Below are positions 1 to 13,355 of a stretch of 64,000 nt of DNA, in pieces. A program made the position numbers and the translations under genes. The notes beneath the pieces are model-generated. The model was not told where the DNA came from. It searched no databases and worked only from the letters and a program-made list of their open reading frames with translations. The stretch is from assembly GCF_009914755.1 (NCBI RefSeq), contig NC_060940.1; one strand, 5' to 3'. This DNA comes from the human T2T-CHM13v2.0 reference genome, Homo sapiens. Position 1 is the first letter of the stretch; each line of letters begins with the position of its first letter.

Positions 1-496
1 AAAAAAGAAGATCAATAATAAGGAAATAGAATCTTTGGACAACACTCTAGACCAAATAGACCTAACAGACAAATGTAGAACATTCTACCCAACAGCAGCA
101 GAATACACTTTCTTCTCAAGTGCACATTGAATAGTCTTTGCATGTTAGGTCACACAACAAATCTTAAGAAATTTAAGAAAGTTGAAATCACAACCTTTAC
201 ATTTTTCAAATGCAATGGCATGAAAATAGAAATTAATGACAGAAGGAAATCTGAAAAATTAACAAACATGTGGAAATTAAACAATGCACTCTTGAACAGC
301 CACTCGGTAATAGAAATGAAAAGAGAGTTTAGAAATTAGAAACTATCTTGAGACCAATGAAAATAAACACACAACATATTAAAACTTCAGGCATGAGGCA
401 AAATTATAACTGAGGGGGAATTTTACAGTGAGAAAATTTTTACTTATATTTTTGAAAAACTGAAATAACCAAACTTTACATCTCAAGGAACTAGAA
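1..496 (+). mobile_element. Old LINE-1 (L1M-type) ORF2 fragment, end of the endonuclease domain
   Basis: Degenerate match to L1 ORF2; ORF 127..339 contains 'MWKLNNALLN', similar to L1 '[10 protein letters not shown]'; stops and frameshifts present. Confidence 0.85.
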
Positions 497-1262
497 AACA
501 AACGTACGATAAAAACCTCATCATCACTGGTCATTAGAGAAATGCAAATGAAAACCACAATACCATCGCACGCCAGTTAGAACTATGATCATTAAAAAGT
601 CGGGAAACAACAGATGCTGGAGAGGATGTGGAGAATTAGGAATGCTTTTACACTCTTGGTGGGTGTATAAATTAGTTCAACTATTGTGGAAGACAGTGTG
701 GTGATTCCTCAAGGATCTATAACCAGAAATGCCATTTGACCCAGCAATCCCATTACTGGGAATATACCCAAAGGATTATAAATCATTCTACTATAAAGAT
801 ACATCCACACGTATGTTTATTGCAGCATTATTAACAATGGCAAAGACTCGGAACCAACCCAAATGCCCATCAGTGATAGACTGGATAAAGAAAATGTGGC
901 ACATATACATCATGGAATACTCTGCAGCCATAAAAAAAGATGAGTTCATGCCCTTTGCAGGGACATGGACAAACCTGGAAACCATTATTCTCAGCAAATT
1001 AACACAAGAACAGAAAACTGAACACTGCATGTTCTCACTCATAAGTGGGAGTTGAACAATGAGAACACATGGACACAGGGAGGGGAAATCACACACCGGG
1101 GCCTGTCGGGGAATGGGGGGCTAGGGGAAGGATAGCATTAGAGAAAAACCTAATGTAGGTGACGGGTTGATGGGTGCAGCAAACCACCATGGCACGTGTA
1201 TACCTATATAACAAACCTCCACGTTCTGCATATGTACCCCGGAACTTAAAGTATAATTTTTT
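497..1262 (+). mobile_element. 5'-truncated L1PA7/8-like element (ORF2 C-terminus and 3'UTR) nested in older L1
   Basis: ORF 729..1055 '[23 protein letters not shown]...MFSLISGS' is the ORF2p C-terminus; 3'UTR ends 'gaacttaaagtataat'. Confidence 0.92.
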
Positions 1263-1269
1263 TGAAAAA

Positions 1270-1840
1270 GAAATTACGTTGCATTCCAAAAAAATAAGCA
1301 AAGAACAACTTAAGCCCAAAGTTATCAGAAAGAAGGAAATAAAATTAGAGCAGATATAAACAAAATAGAGAACAGAAAAACAATAGAACATATCAAAGAA
1401 GCTAAGTTGTTTTCAAAGATCAACAAAATTGACAAACTTTTAGATAGATTAAGAAAAAATAAGATATCATTCAGCCTGTATAATGAAGGAAATCCTGTTA
1501 GACGCCACAGCATGGATGCATCTTGAGGACATTAGGCTAAGTGAGAAAAGATAGTCACAGAAGGACAAATACTGTGTAATTTCATTTACATAAAGTATCT
1601 AAAGTAGTCAGACTCATTGAAACAGAAAGCATAATGTTGGTTGCCAAGGGTTGAGGGGAGGAAAAAATGGGGGGTTGCTGTCCAAGATACAGAAAAATTC
1701 AGTCTGAAGGATGAAAATGTTCTGGGGGTATTCTGTATAGCCTTGCACTTAATAAAACAATACTCTAATGTATACTCCAATGTACACTTAAAAATTTGTT
1801 AGGCAGGTAGATATGTGTTTTTTAGCAAAATTAAAAAGCA
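1270..1840 (+). mobile_element. Old L1M: ORF2 fragment (to ~1462) joined to an L1MA/MB-type 3' end
   Basis: 'aagcccaaagttatcagaaagaaggaaat...gatcaacaaaattgacaaac' followed directly by 'tattcagcc...gaaggacaaatactg...tgtacacttaaaaatttgttagg'-type sequence. Confidence 0.8.
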
Positions 1841-2074
1841 AGATAGTATAGTTATTTTTGTTGTTGCTGTTATGGTTTTTGTTGTTAAGTGACAGGTTCT
1901 CTGAAGAGTTTTAAATACCTTTTTCTCGGTTAATCCTCACATCAGCACTAAAACAAAAGTAGAGATGAGAAAATTAAACTTAGAGAGTCTATGTACAGTT
2001 CCCAAAGCTGTAATTCTAAGAAGGCTAAAAGCTAGATTTCTAACTCAGTTCATCTGATGCCACAGCCCTATCTC

Positions 2075-2142
2075 TTTTTTTTTCTTCTTTGACAGAGGGT
2101 CTCGCTCTGTCACCCAGGCTGGAGTGCAGTGGTGCAATCTTG
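2075..2142 (-). mobile_element. Short Alu 3'-end fragment inside a MIR (~1930-2170)
   Basis: T-tract followed by 'gacagagggtctcgctctgtcacccaggctggagtgcagtggtgcaatct'. Confidence 0.85.
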
Positions 2143-2949
2143 CAGAGTCCTAATTTTTAACAGCAGTGTTCTATCATGTTACCTGTAATCTCTAATATGA
2201 AAGTATAAATATTTCTTGTCAAATGAAAAGAATATGCACTTTCATTCAAAAATCAAATGAATACAGATCTTTCCTGTGTAAAACACTGAGGAGACTTGTG
2301 AAAGAAGGAAAGCCAAAGATAAAAAGTGGCAATGTAAAAGAATAATGGGATTCCATATCCAAAGAACTACAAGAACTTTTTCAACCTGGCAGCAGGTAAA
2401 TATTCAAAAGTAACCATGCATCATGCTGCACATCCACTTACAATATAAATACCCAACATAAATAAATAAATCCCTATCATGAATAAAGCATAATGATCAG
2501 CATGATTCTAGTAAATCTTAACAATAAAATGAATCAAATAAGTGTCTCTGATTAATAAATCTATAATTAAATAATAGAATCCTCCTCTGAAGTACTCTTA
2601 TATAATATATTTTTATTGAGGGATTTTTCAAGTCCTTAAAGATGTGTTTCTCCACAATCCCTCTGGAAAGCATGACAGATTTATACATATGTATCTATTT
2701 TTCTCTTTTTTCTTGGCATGAAGAGCGAATAAAATTTCTTCTGACTGCGTAATTCTTTATTTTAGGATCCGCGCTTAAAAAGTACCTACTATACAAGTCT
2801 GCATATTTCATTGTATTTAAATTCTCTGTACATCAATTTCTTCATCTGCAAAGCAAGGTTGATATTTCTCATAGCCGCACTGATTCTTTCAGTTATTTAA
2901 AAATAGATTTTGAGGAGCAACTATGGGAGAGACATTCTTTTCATACTAA

Positions 2950-3450
2950 GAAAAGTGAGGTCCCTGCCTGCTTGGAATTTACATTTTATTAGGAACAGAC
3001 AGGCTTTCTTGTTTTTACATTTTTAAAATATCACTTTATAATTAGGCGTTTGATGTCAAATGGTAAAAGAGCTATTCATATAATTGAAATATGTTGAAGT
3101 GACAAAGAGTGACTGAGTGAATAGGGGCCTACTCTAGACCAGGTGGCCCAGGAAGAATTCTATAGGGGATATAATTTAAACCAAGATCTTAATGACAAGA
3201 AGACATCAACAAAGCAGTGTTAGGGAAAATTCCATTCCAGGAGGAAGGAAGAGCTAATAGGTCTTGAGCAAAATCAGTTAACAGGAGAATAAAGTCTGAA
3301 CCCCAGTAAGTGTAGGGAAGAGTACTGAAAAGATACTGGGGAAATATATGCAACATGAAATACATAGAATTGTTTTTGGTCAAGGTAAGGGGTTTATATT
3401 TTAGTGTAAATGTCATGAAAAGCCATTGGATGACTTTTAGCATAATTCAA
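2950..3450. mobile_element. L2 fragment
   Basis: Diverged L2-like motifs 'tccctgcctgcttggaatttacatt', 'gaaagccattggatgacttttag'. Confidence 0.55.
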
Positions 3451-3480
3451 AATCTAAAATAATTTACTTGCACAAGTCAT

Positions 3481-3975
3481 AGTCATTTTTTATATTTGCT
3501 CTCTGATACCTGTCTTGCACTTTCTGTCCTGGGGTGTTGGGAGAGGGTGCCTTGAGAACTACATTTTCTAGATGCCCTTGTCAATTGATTTCCAATTAGT
3601 TCTGCACAGTGGAAGGCACTGGCAGGAGTTTGGAGTGTTAAGCAAGGCAAAAAGCCTGCACAGCTCCTCTCTTCCTCTGTACTGAGTAGAATATCCTTCA
3701 GAAGTGGCTGCAATCCTTCAATTGCCTACAGACCAGCCCCTTTCTCCATTGTCCCATTGACACCAAATGTCTTCTGCTACTCAACTCTGGTCACTTCACC
3801 TTCTCTTTTTGTCCCCACAAGCTGAAAAGATAATAGTGGCTTCCTGTTGGTATTACTCTCTTGGTTGTCTCATCGATTCATTTTATCCTTTCTACCTTTC
3901 TAATTCCTTTGTAGAGAGGATTGAATATTACATACTCTCTGTTGATCTAGTGTAAATTATCTCTCCTGACTGTTT
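3481..3975 (+). mobile_element. ERVL solo LTR (LTR33/LTR41 family)
   Basis: 'actacattttctagatgcccttg...ggaaggcactggcaggag' and terminal 'ctctctgttgatctagtg...cctgactg'. Confidence 0.65.
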
Positions 3976-4546
3976 CATTGCTCATGGTTAAGGCAAGTAA
4001 GCATGAAGATAGTAAAAACTTATTTTCTTTATAATCTAAAGCATACTTTTAGAGTGTTTGCTCTTAATTTACTATTAACTTGGTGGCAGCAGTGTTTACA
4101 AATTGTTGGTTTTCTCATTTATTTCCTCAACCAGAGTTTTAGGTCTCCAGAAGCATACTTTTAAGTATCTATCTCTGTGTCCCTAGAACCTAACTAAGTG
4201 CCATTCAACAATCAGATATTGATAATTGAATGACTTGTCATATTGTGACACCCAAGAATTTCCAATTATTAGACCAGATGTCTAGTATAGCCATCTACTT
4301 TTGAAACTGTTCCTGATAACATGAAGCCCTTGCCAAATGTCTGTCTATATCAGACAAAGACACAGAAGTTCTCTTCCTCAACCCCAATGGGAAGTCTGAT
4401 TACTTGCTACTTTGAACAAAATCCTGAGTCCAGAGACTCAATTGTTGTGTGTCATTTAATATATTAAACTCCTCCATTCCCCATTGTTGCAAATTACACA
4501 CCTATTGAATACAAGAATACAAGGAAGTACCAAATATTAATATTTC

Positions 4547-4914
4547 TGTTGATGAATTAAATGTTTCCCTTTGAAATCCATATGTTGAAGTTCTAAATGC
4601 CAGTGCAATGGTATTAGGAGATGAAGCCTTTGGGAGATAATTAGGCTCAGTTGAGATGATGAAGGTGAAGCCCCCATGATGAGATTAGTACTCTTAAAAG
4701 AAGATGGAGAAATACCAGAGCTTCCTTTCTTCCATGTGAGGATCAAGTGAGAACCTGGCCATCTATAAGCCAGGAAGCTGACTCTAACCAAGAACTGAAT
4801 CTACCAATATCTTAGTATTGAATGATCCAACATCCAGAACTGTGAGAAATAAATGTCTATTGTTTAAGTGACCCAATGTATGGTATTTTTGTTATAGCAT
4901 CCCCAAACTAAGAT
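4547..4914 (+). mobile_element. ERVL-MaLR solo LTR (MSTD/MLT1A-like)
   Basis: 'atatgttgaagttctaa...cccccatgatgagattagt...ccagaactgtgagaaataaatgtctattgtttaag...tggtatttttgttatagca'. Confidence 0.85.
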
Positions 4915-6658
4915 TCTCTAAAATTTGATTTGGACACAGTGCTATACCTTAAAATATTTTGGTTAAGCTTAAATTGTTGGAAAGAATATCACAATGATCA
5001 ACAGTGCAGATAGATCTGAACTGGCAATGCAAGAAGAGGTAGGTGCTTCTACGGTTCATGGAGAGCGTTTTAAGCATCTATGATGATAATAACACTACTT
5101 TTAACATCTGCTACCACTTGGGAAAAATATTTTATATCTACTACCGTTAAAAAACATGTTACATGCTAAAGATAATGTTAATAGTTATGCATCTATTAGA
5201 TATTCAGCCCACAATATTTTATAAACTTGCTAGTTTCTTGAGAGAATTATTGAAAGTTAACCATAATAGAAAATTGTTTTACAGCAAGTTATAGATGGTT
5301 TAGAGAGACTTATTTCCAACATGTTTTGGCTTTCATTTTTTGGATACTTTCTATAGTTTACATGTATCAAACTTGGATCTAGTTTATCCAAACATTATTT
5401 CAAGCTGTGTATAAATATTTGATATCAATATTCTAAAATAACATAGATGGTGCTTGTATAAATTTTTAACAGAAATTTTGGTGTATAAAACAAGCTCAAG
5501 TGCAGATTTTTCCTTCTGAAATAGAGATAATTTCTTCTTGAAGACAGAACTCAATTGAGAGAGAGAGAGAGACAGAGAAAAAGAGGCAGAGAGAGACAGA
5601 GATGGAGAGAAAGGGAGAAAATATATTCATCAATTTATTATGGTTAATATTACATTAGATTTATCCAACATATTTATAATTATTAATATGCAATATGGCT
5701 GATAAAGTCAATGCAAGCAAAATAAATCCATGGGCATATTTTGATAGAAGGCAGCCTTGGAGAAACATTCTTATACTTGTAGGATTAGCTGATAGATACT
5801 GCAAAATGAGACCACATTGAACCAATTTAGTAATTATTTCTCTCTTTTTGTCTTTGTCTTTCTCTGCTTCTGTGTTTGTCCCTCTCCATTCTTCCAAAAC
5901 TTCTGCAATACTTATTTCACCTAAAAAGTAAAAATAGACTATTAACTTCAACAATTATAGTTCCTCAACTCCTCCAACATAGTTAAGGCATTTCCAAATC
6001 ACAGATCAAGACATACCCTCTAATTAAATACTAATTGACTTTGACAACTGCAAGTCAGCAAACACAGATGCCTTAAACTTGTGACTTATTATATTCAACA
6101 AAACAGTGATCACCACCTTTTAAACACATTAGTCACAGAGCTGTTTCCCTTTAATTGTGAAATATCAAGTCAACAGGAAGGGCTTATATTAAAACACCAG
6201 CATAGATTTTAAAACTTCTCAAGGAGATGAACACTCAAAGCCATTAAAGACAAAATACCCTATCGACTTGAATGACAATAATATCTTGGCACATCCATTA
6301 GTACATTAATACTACATGAAGCCATTACATTGTTTCCATCTATCTATTAATACTCTGTTTCCACATATCTATTAATATAATCAGTGATAATATGGAAAAC
6401 ATTCAATATTTTGAAACTTGCAAAAAGAAAATTTAAGAAGAGTGTTTTTGAGAATGAGCATGATATTTTCTCCATCTCTTCTTGTCCAATGGCAATAACA
6501 AGACATTGGCCAGGGACTACCATCCCAAAGATGCATATAATTATTGTTTGCACAGTCAATGAAATATCCTGAAAGTTGAGCTGATAAACATATTGTCCAA
6601 GATTAGGGTTGCAGTTTTCAGATTAACGTTTGGGTTGGGTTTCCTTGCCATCTTAATC

Positions 6659-6963
<305 letters not shown>

Positions 6964-7323
6964 TAGCCATTTATTTTCATTGTAACTTGAAACTCCTTGA
7001 ACTTCTATTTCTTATAAAATAAGAGATGATAACATCTGTCTCACTAAGTAATTATTACAATTAAAAACACCAATTTAGAGTTTAGCTCATTGCCTAGAAC
7101 ATTGGAAGCTCCTTCTATATCAACTTTTTGTAGCGTTATTACCTTTTAAGGTTCATACAATGATTTCCAATGGAGTAGACTTACATTTCCATTTTGTAGA
7201 AAAAGAGAACTGAATTTGGCCCATGGATACACAGTGAATAGGTATTTGGGGCTGGATTTTAAAAAGGGCGATTATCCCAGAGTTAACATATTGTCATAGT
7301 TAGCTACTTAGCACAGTGCCTCA

Positions 7324-7435
7324 CAAAAACAGTAAAATAGCATCAATATTTTTATTGCTTCAATGTATGTCTTTATAGCAACTTCAAAAACAGTAAAATA
7401 GCATCAATATTTTTATTGCTTCAATGTGTGTCTTT
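7324..7435. repeat. Local tandem duplication: 51-bp unit x2, period 61
   Basis: caaaaacagtaaaatagcatcaatatttttattgcttcaatgt(a/g)tgtcttt at 7324-7374 and 7385-7435, one mismatch. Confidence 0.97.
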
Positions 7436-9553
7436 TTCTCTCTTTGGACTCCTGCCTTTTATAACAGTGTGTCAGACCACGTGGGAAGGCAAAAGAAGAG
7501 TACAAAGGAGATGGAGACCCAGCAGACAAGGTATTTATACCAAGTGGCTGGGATCTGACAATAGTTTAATCTCTGATTTCAGTTTTATCAGAGATGTTAA
7601 AGCTGAAGAAGCTGTGCTGGACGTCAGATCAGTAAGGCGGGTCTGTTGCTCTAAACTTATCTTATGATCATTTGCCTCATTGGTGGTTTGGTTTCATAAA
7701 GTGGAAAAATGTAGGATTTTCCCTCTGTGCTTGATTTTGGCCCTTGTTCTTGACTTTGACCCAGCTACTTACCACACTTCAGTTCTTGAAATTGTTTCAA
7801 TCTGACACTAAGAGAGTTGAAGGGCAAAGTAAGATTCAAGACCTGTCAAAGTCAGTCCAACATAAAAGGGCATTTTGGCTTCTACTCCTCTAGTATTAGC
7901 CCACAACAGGTGTCCAATTTTGATTTTTCTATTTCCTACTCCACAGCCAGTGCACAAAACTCAGATTTCCGTCTTCATTTTCACATGTTACTTGGTTTGA
8001 CGAGGAATGTCTTGCAGCATTGCACTCAACCAGAAATTGTTTATTTTTCTACATCCCTGACAAAGGAAAACAAACAAACAAACAAAATAACCCTAAAGCA
8101 CATCTGTATGTTTTTCTTTCCAAATTTGGAGAAGTTTAAAATAAATTAGAAAGGAAACATAACTGGTTGTAGCAGATGGTGATATTCCATTTTATTAGAT
8201 GCATTTTTCCTCTTTTTCAAATCTAGGTAGATAATGTAATTAAGCAGGCAGTCTTAGATAATTCAAAGTGTCAATATAGTCAGATCAACTCCTCAGCAAA
8301 TCAATGTGTGACAACTGCTCTCTTCACTTATAAATTGTCCCCACACTTCATAAGGTACATCTTTGGCATAAAGCATAAGGGAGTTTTGTGACATAGTTAG
8401 ATATCAATGTGGCTTCCAGGTTTTTTTTTTCATAATTGCAATTTAAATGTATGGCTAGAAGCTGGCATTTTCTAGTTGTAAAGAGGCTGTCTGGTGTCTT
8501 TCTGGCTTAGATATGTGAATCTGACCCCTGCTCCCCACCACTCTTGTTCAGAATCCTTATTCTTTCATATGTCACCCTCTGAGGTAGCATGAGAAGAAAG
8601 TTCAGAGGAAAGGTCATATTCTGGGCGGACAGCTTGCATCTGTCTGAAAGGGAACTTCATTTGTTTCCACTTTATGCTATTTTATTTGAAAAGAGGTGTT
8701 TAAGTGATATTTGCTTGCTTCTTGCTCTACTAGTGAGAAAAATTACAGACTGTAAACAGGTCAGTGGAAGCTCTCAAAGATTTTCTTCCTAAGAAATAGT
8801 TCCAAATTTTTTTATTTGAAAATAGTCCTCAAATTTTATTTTTCCTGATAAATAACAAGACTTTTTTTCTGTTGTGAACCATACCATATTGATGAAATTA
8901 CTAAATCAGTATTTCAATGGGATTTTTAAATAAATTTATGAATACAAATAAGACCAACTAACACTTAGAAAATGGTAATTTAATACCTACTATTAAAGCA
9001 GACAAGCTGAAATATAAATACTAATATATCATTGCTGATAATACATCTTTACACAACCTTTTCAGAGAGCAGTTGAGGAGTATTTGCCAAGTTTTAAATG
9101 CACACAACATTTATATTAGCAATACTGCAGAAACATGTCTATTTTATAGACATATTTGTCCATCTGTGACACTAAATGTATATGAATATTTATTGCAACA
9201 TTGTAATTTTATCTATTGAACATTTAGTTTGTTTTTAAGTTTTCTACTATTTAAACAAAATATGGTACATTAAACAATAGTGCACTAAATGGCCTATGAA
9301 AATAATATATATCTAGATGCACTGACAAATAAAGATGATTTCATACATATAAAACCTAAAAAAAAAAAACTTGTATAGAATGATGTCTAAAAAACACCCT
9401 GATAAATTAAATTATTTGGGCTAAATGTCTGATTCCATTTACTAGGTATCTTATCATGTATAAGTCATCCAATGTCTTTGAACCTCAGATTCTTCCTCTG
9501 TTTATATAACTCTCAGAGTAATTACAGTAGGTAGGTTTTATATAACTTAGAAG

Positions 9554-9792
9554 TTTTTTTTCTCGGCTCACTGCAAGCTCCGCCTCCCGGGCTCACGCCA
9601 TTCTTCTGCCTCAGCCTCCGGACTGGCTGGGACTACAGGCGCCCCACCACGCCCGGAGAATTTTTTGTATTTCTAGGGGAGACGAGCTTTCACCGTGTTA
9701 GCCAGGATGGTCTCGATCTCCTGACCTCGTGATCCGCCCGCCTCGGCCTCCCAAAGTGCTGGGATTACAGGCGTGAGCCCCCGCGCTCGGCC
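9554..9792 (-). mobile_element. AluY (AluYk11/12-like), 3'-truncated, with TSD
   Basis: TSD ataacttagaag at 9542-9553 and 9793-9804; sense-strand variants AATTCTCCGGGC, TCCGGAGG, GTGAGCCC. Confidence 0.93.
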
Positions 9793-10110
9793 ATAACTTA
9801 GAAGATTTAATAGTGAAAAATAGGATGAGACTGTGAAGGGTAATTGTCTTTCTTCTTATATAATAATTAAAATGTTAAAATTAAATATTTCTGAATTGCA
9901 AGATTATGTCTATAATATTCAAAACAAAATTTACAAAAGGTATATTACACAACAATTATTATAGTGATATTTAATTAATATATAAACCATATTTCTAATA
10001 GTTTGAAACACTATACACACTGCACATTCCAAGCACTGTGTTTAATGCTGAGGATACTAACTATAATGCTCTCACCAGATCCTTTTTTTTTCAGTTAAGA
10101 ACTTCTTGTT

Positions 10111-10328
10111 TGCTGGGCACAGTGGCTCATGTCTGTCATCCTGGAACCTTGGGAAGCCAAGGCAGGCAGATCACTTGAGGTCAGGAGTTCAAGGGCAGTC
10201 TGGCCAATATGGTAAAACTCCATCTCTACTAAAAATACAAAAATTAGCCAGGTGTGGTTGCAGGCACCTATAATCCCAGCCTGGGTGACACAGCAAGATT
10301 TTGTCTCAAAAAAAAAGAAAAGAAAAAA
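10111..10328 (+). mobile_element. AluS with an internal right-arm deletion
   Basis: 'taatcccagc|ctgggtgaca' junction; flanked by aagaactt on both sides. Confidence 0.92.
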
Positions 10329-10519
10329 GAACTTACTGCATTTTTGTTAAATATACTGGATTCTCACCCCATTCGATGGATGAGACAAAACTAGTACAAA
10401 CTTTTTTCATGGATTTAAAACACTACATTAAAATTACAGATTTCAAATGTCAACAAAAGTAAAAATTCAAAGAAGGGCATCAGACATTGTTAATTTTAAA
10501 CAATGACAAAAATGCCAAC

Positions 10520-10745
10520 AATACTAATGATGATACAGTGTTTATGACTAGGAAACTTCTCAATAAATGTTAGCTTAGTAACTTCACTCATTTAGCCTTT
10601 ACAACAATAACTTAGGAGCAGCTGCTACTATTCCCATTTTATGCATATGAAATCTGGGGTGAGGAGATATTAAGTCACACAAATATAAGTAGCCACATGC
10701 GGAGATACTAAATTCAGATCTTCCCTACTTTAACTGCTATATTGT
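10520..10745. mobile_element. MIR
   Basis: 'cccattttatgcatatgaaatctggggtgaggagatattaagtcac' core-like sequence. Confidence 0.65.
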
Positions 10746-11759
10746 AGAGCCTCACAGCAGTTTTCTTACCCTAATAGCTTATTGTATTTAAATGACTGTA
10801 CGTATTATTTCAGAAAGAGTTATATTTGTACATAGACCCATATGTTATAACATTTTATTCCTAAGGAAGTATCATAACATAACTTTGTATCTCAATTTGG
10901 CCTATAAACCAATACTAAAATCATATTCATGTAGCCAACTATAAGAATATTAATAATAACAAATAATTAGTCTAGCATCAACAACAAATTTTACTTGCTA
11001 GAATATGCAAATATCAAAAAAAGAAAAAAACTTTTATTATCCAGTTGGAAGTTTATAGCAGTAATTGAAAGCAACCTAATTTTAATTATATTGAAAGATT
11101 TTCATCTGCAACAAGTGTCTGAAGACAATAAAGCAAATTATTCAGAAGCCTCAATGAAAAGGATGTGTTCCTTAACCACTAGGAAGGAAAAGTAGTAAAA
11201 ACAGCATAGATTAGGAGGCACATTTTCTAGGACCTATATTTTACAGGCAGTTGGGTTTATAAATTACAAGAAATATCAGCAGAACAGTGCCTTCGTTAAT
11301 AGAAGTGGAATATATAGATGATGATTCTATTTATTTATTAATTTATTAATCCATTTACTCATTCATGATTCATTTACTTATTCAGTATGTATTTAACATG
11401 TAATTGGTGCCTGGTTGGCACTGGGCTAATTGCTGCAGAAAGAGCAGGAAATTAAATTCATTTGCAGTTACACCATCATTAGACTGCAATCTCCCCAAGA
11501 AGGACTTTTGGATTTTGTATTTGTGTCAATGAGTTTGAGTCTATCAGGCATGGTCTTGATATAAAAAGATGGCACACTCAAATTAGATAACATGAGAAGA
11601 ACATAAGAAGAGGCTATTTTTAAAGGCTCCAAGTAGCATTTTGAAAAAAAATAAGGGATGGTACCATGCTTTAGAGCATGTAACATTGGAAAGATACTAT
11701 CTCCTCTAGGCTTGATGGAGCGGGCAGAGGGAATAATTATCAGAATGCTGAGAGAAGCA

Positions 11760-12055
11760 GATTGGAGAGGGTCATTCAAGTTATGGCCATCAGCAGAAGG
11801 AAATAGCCAAATTTAGGTATTATAGCAGAAAAGCCATCTGGGGAATAAATACAAAACTCCACTCTCCTATTACCTTCCATTTTCATACAGAATTTGTTCC
11901 CACAGCTCCCACTGATCTAACTCAACCACAATCTAGAGCATGGGAGAACCCAGTGATGCACTGCACTGAAGTTAGCCTTCAGGGACATACAAAAAGGAAA
12001 AGAGGAGTGAAGAGTATTTCCGGAACTGGAAGGCTGAACGGTTGAGATCCAACAT
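11760..12055 (-). mobile_element. ERVL LTR fragment (LTR33-like)
   Basis: 'ctcccactgatctaactcaaccacaatctagagcatgggagaacccagtgatgca...gttagccttcagggaca' resembles the reverse complement of the LTR33 5' part. Confidence 0.55.
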
Positions 12056-12350
12056 ATGGAGCAAGACATGTAAATACATAAAATTTAATATTCCTTACAT
12101 GCATTCAGGAAGACAACAATTTCCACCCCCAACCCCGATCATCCACACTCGATTTTCAGGGTTACACATAACAAGCTAGAGTAATACAAACAAAAAAAAA
12201 GGGTTGTTCTTATCTTTGAGTTGTATTATTAGTGACCTTTCTCAGCACAACTGTGATTATGACCCCTGATTAGAAAGATCTAGATTTGTTTTGTTGAAGT
12301 TTCAACAAGTGTCTTATCAGTTCTTTCTTTTTTTGATCAAATACTTAAAA

Positions 12351-12761
12351 AAACTCGTATTTTAAGTTCAGGGGTACAAGTGCAGGTTTGTTACATAGGT
12401 AAACGTGTGTCATGAGGGGTGTGTTGTACAGATTATTTAATCACCCAGGTATTAAGCCTAGTACTGATTTATTATTTTTCCTGATTCACTCCCTTCTCCA
12501 AACCTTCATGCTCTGATAGGCCCCAGCATGTGTTTTTCCTCTCTAAGTGTCCATGTGTCCTCAACTTTGAGCTCCCACTTATTAGTGAGAACCTGCAGTA
12601 TTTGCTTTTCTGTTCCAGGGTTAGTTTGTTAAGGATAATGGCCTGTAACTCCACCCATGTCCCTAAGAAGGACATGATCTCATTCTTTTTTATGGCTGCT
12701 TAGTATTTCTTGGTGCATATGTACCACATTTTCTTTATCCAGTCTATCACTGATGGGCATT
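12351..12761 (-). mobile_element. L1PA13-15-like 3' end, 5'-truncated
   Basis: 'ttttaagttcaggggtacaagtgcaggtttgttacataggtaaacg...tcacccaggtattaagcctagtac'; ORF 12472..12675 ends ORF2-like 'FSLISGS'. Confidence 0.92.
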
Positions 12762-13355
12762 ATAAGAAGAATCAATTCTTTATTAACACATTCAGCCCAT
12801 TCGACCAGTGTTGCAGTTAGTGGAACTAAGATGAATCAAAAAAATAGAAGAAAAATTGTTCTGATGTGGAAAGTGGAGGACTAAAATCTTGTTTCAAAGA
12901 GATGTAGTTCTGTTCATAATCAATCATTGATGGAGGCCATGGAGAGTGGCCCAATGTATATGTCAAATTTCCCATGTCTTCGGAGAACATAAGGATCAGT
13001 TGAATATTAGATAGACAATTCCCATCCTCTTTCCTTCTCATGACATATCTCAAATCTATGTTAAAAAGCAGAATGCTATATTCTTCTGCACTCTCATGTT
13101 TATCAGCATGCATGTGTGTGTACATAGGTGTGTACACACATGTGATTACTGAACATAACATTTGGCCTTCTACTAGTAATAGTGTAATGCTGGCATTATA
13201 TGTAAAATAGTTGTTATAATGTTCAAATAAACCAGTCAGAAGGTATTTTTAAAATATTGTGAGAAAAAATGGGTACAACACTTTATTGGGGACTGGTATA
13301 TATCAATTATTTATTAAATATTAGATTCTAAATGTAATTTTTTAAAAATGAACTA

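Noticed and set aside
7324-7435. Repeat-spacer-repeat pattern as a possible CRISPR-like array
   Set aside because: Only two copies with a 10-nt spacer, in primate DNA with no cas genes; a simple tandem duplication.
7569-7595. 9-bp hairpin stems here and at 45097-45121
   Set aside because: Several 9-bp stems with short loops are expected by chance in 64 kb of AT-rich DNA; too short for a pre-miRNA.
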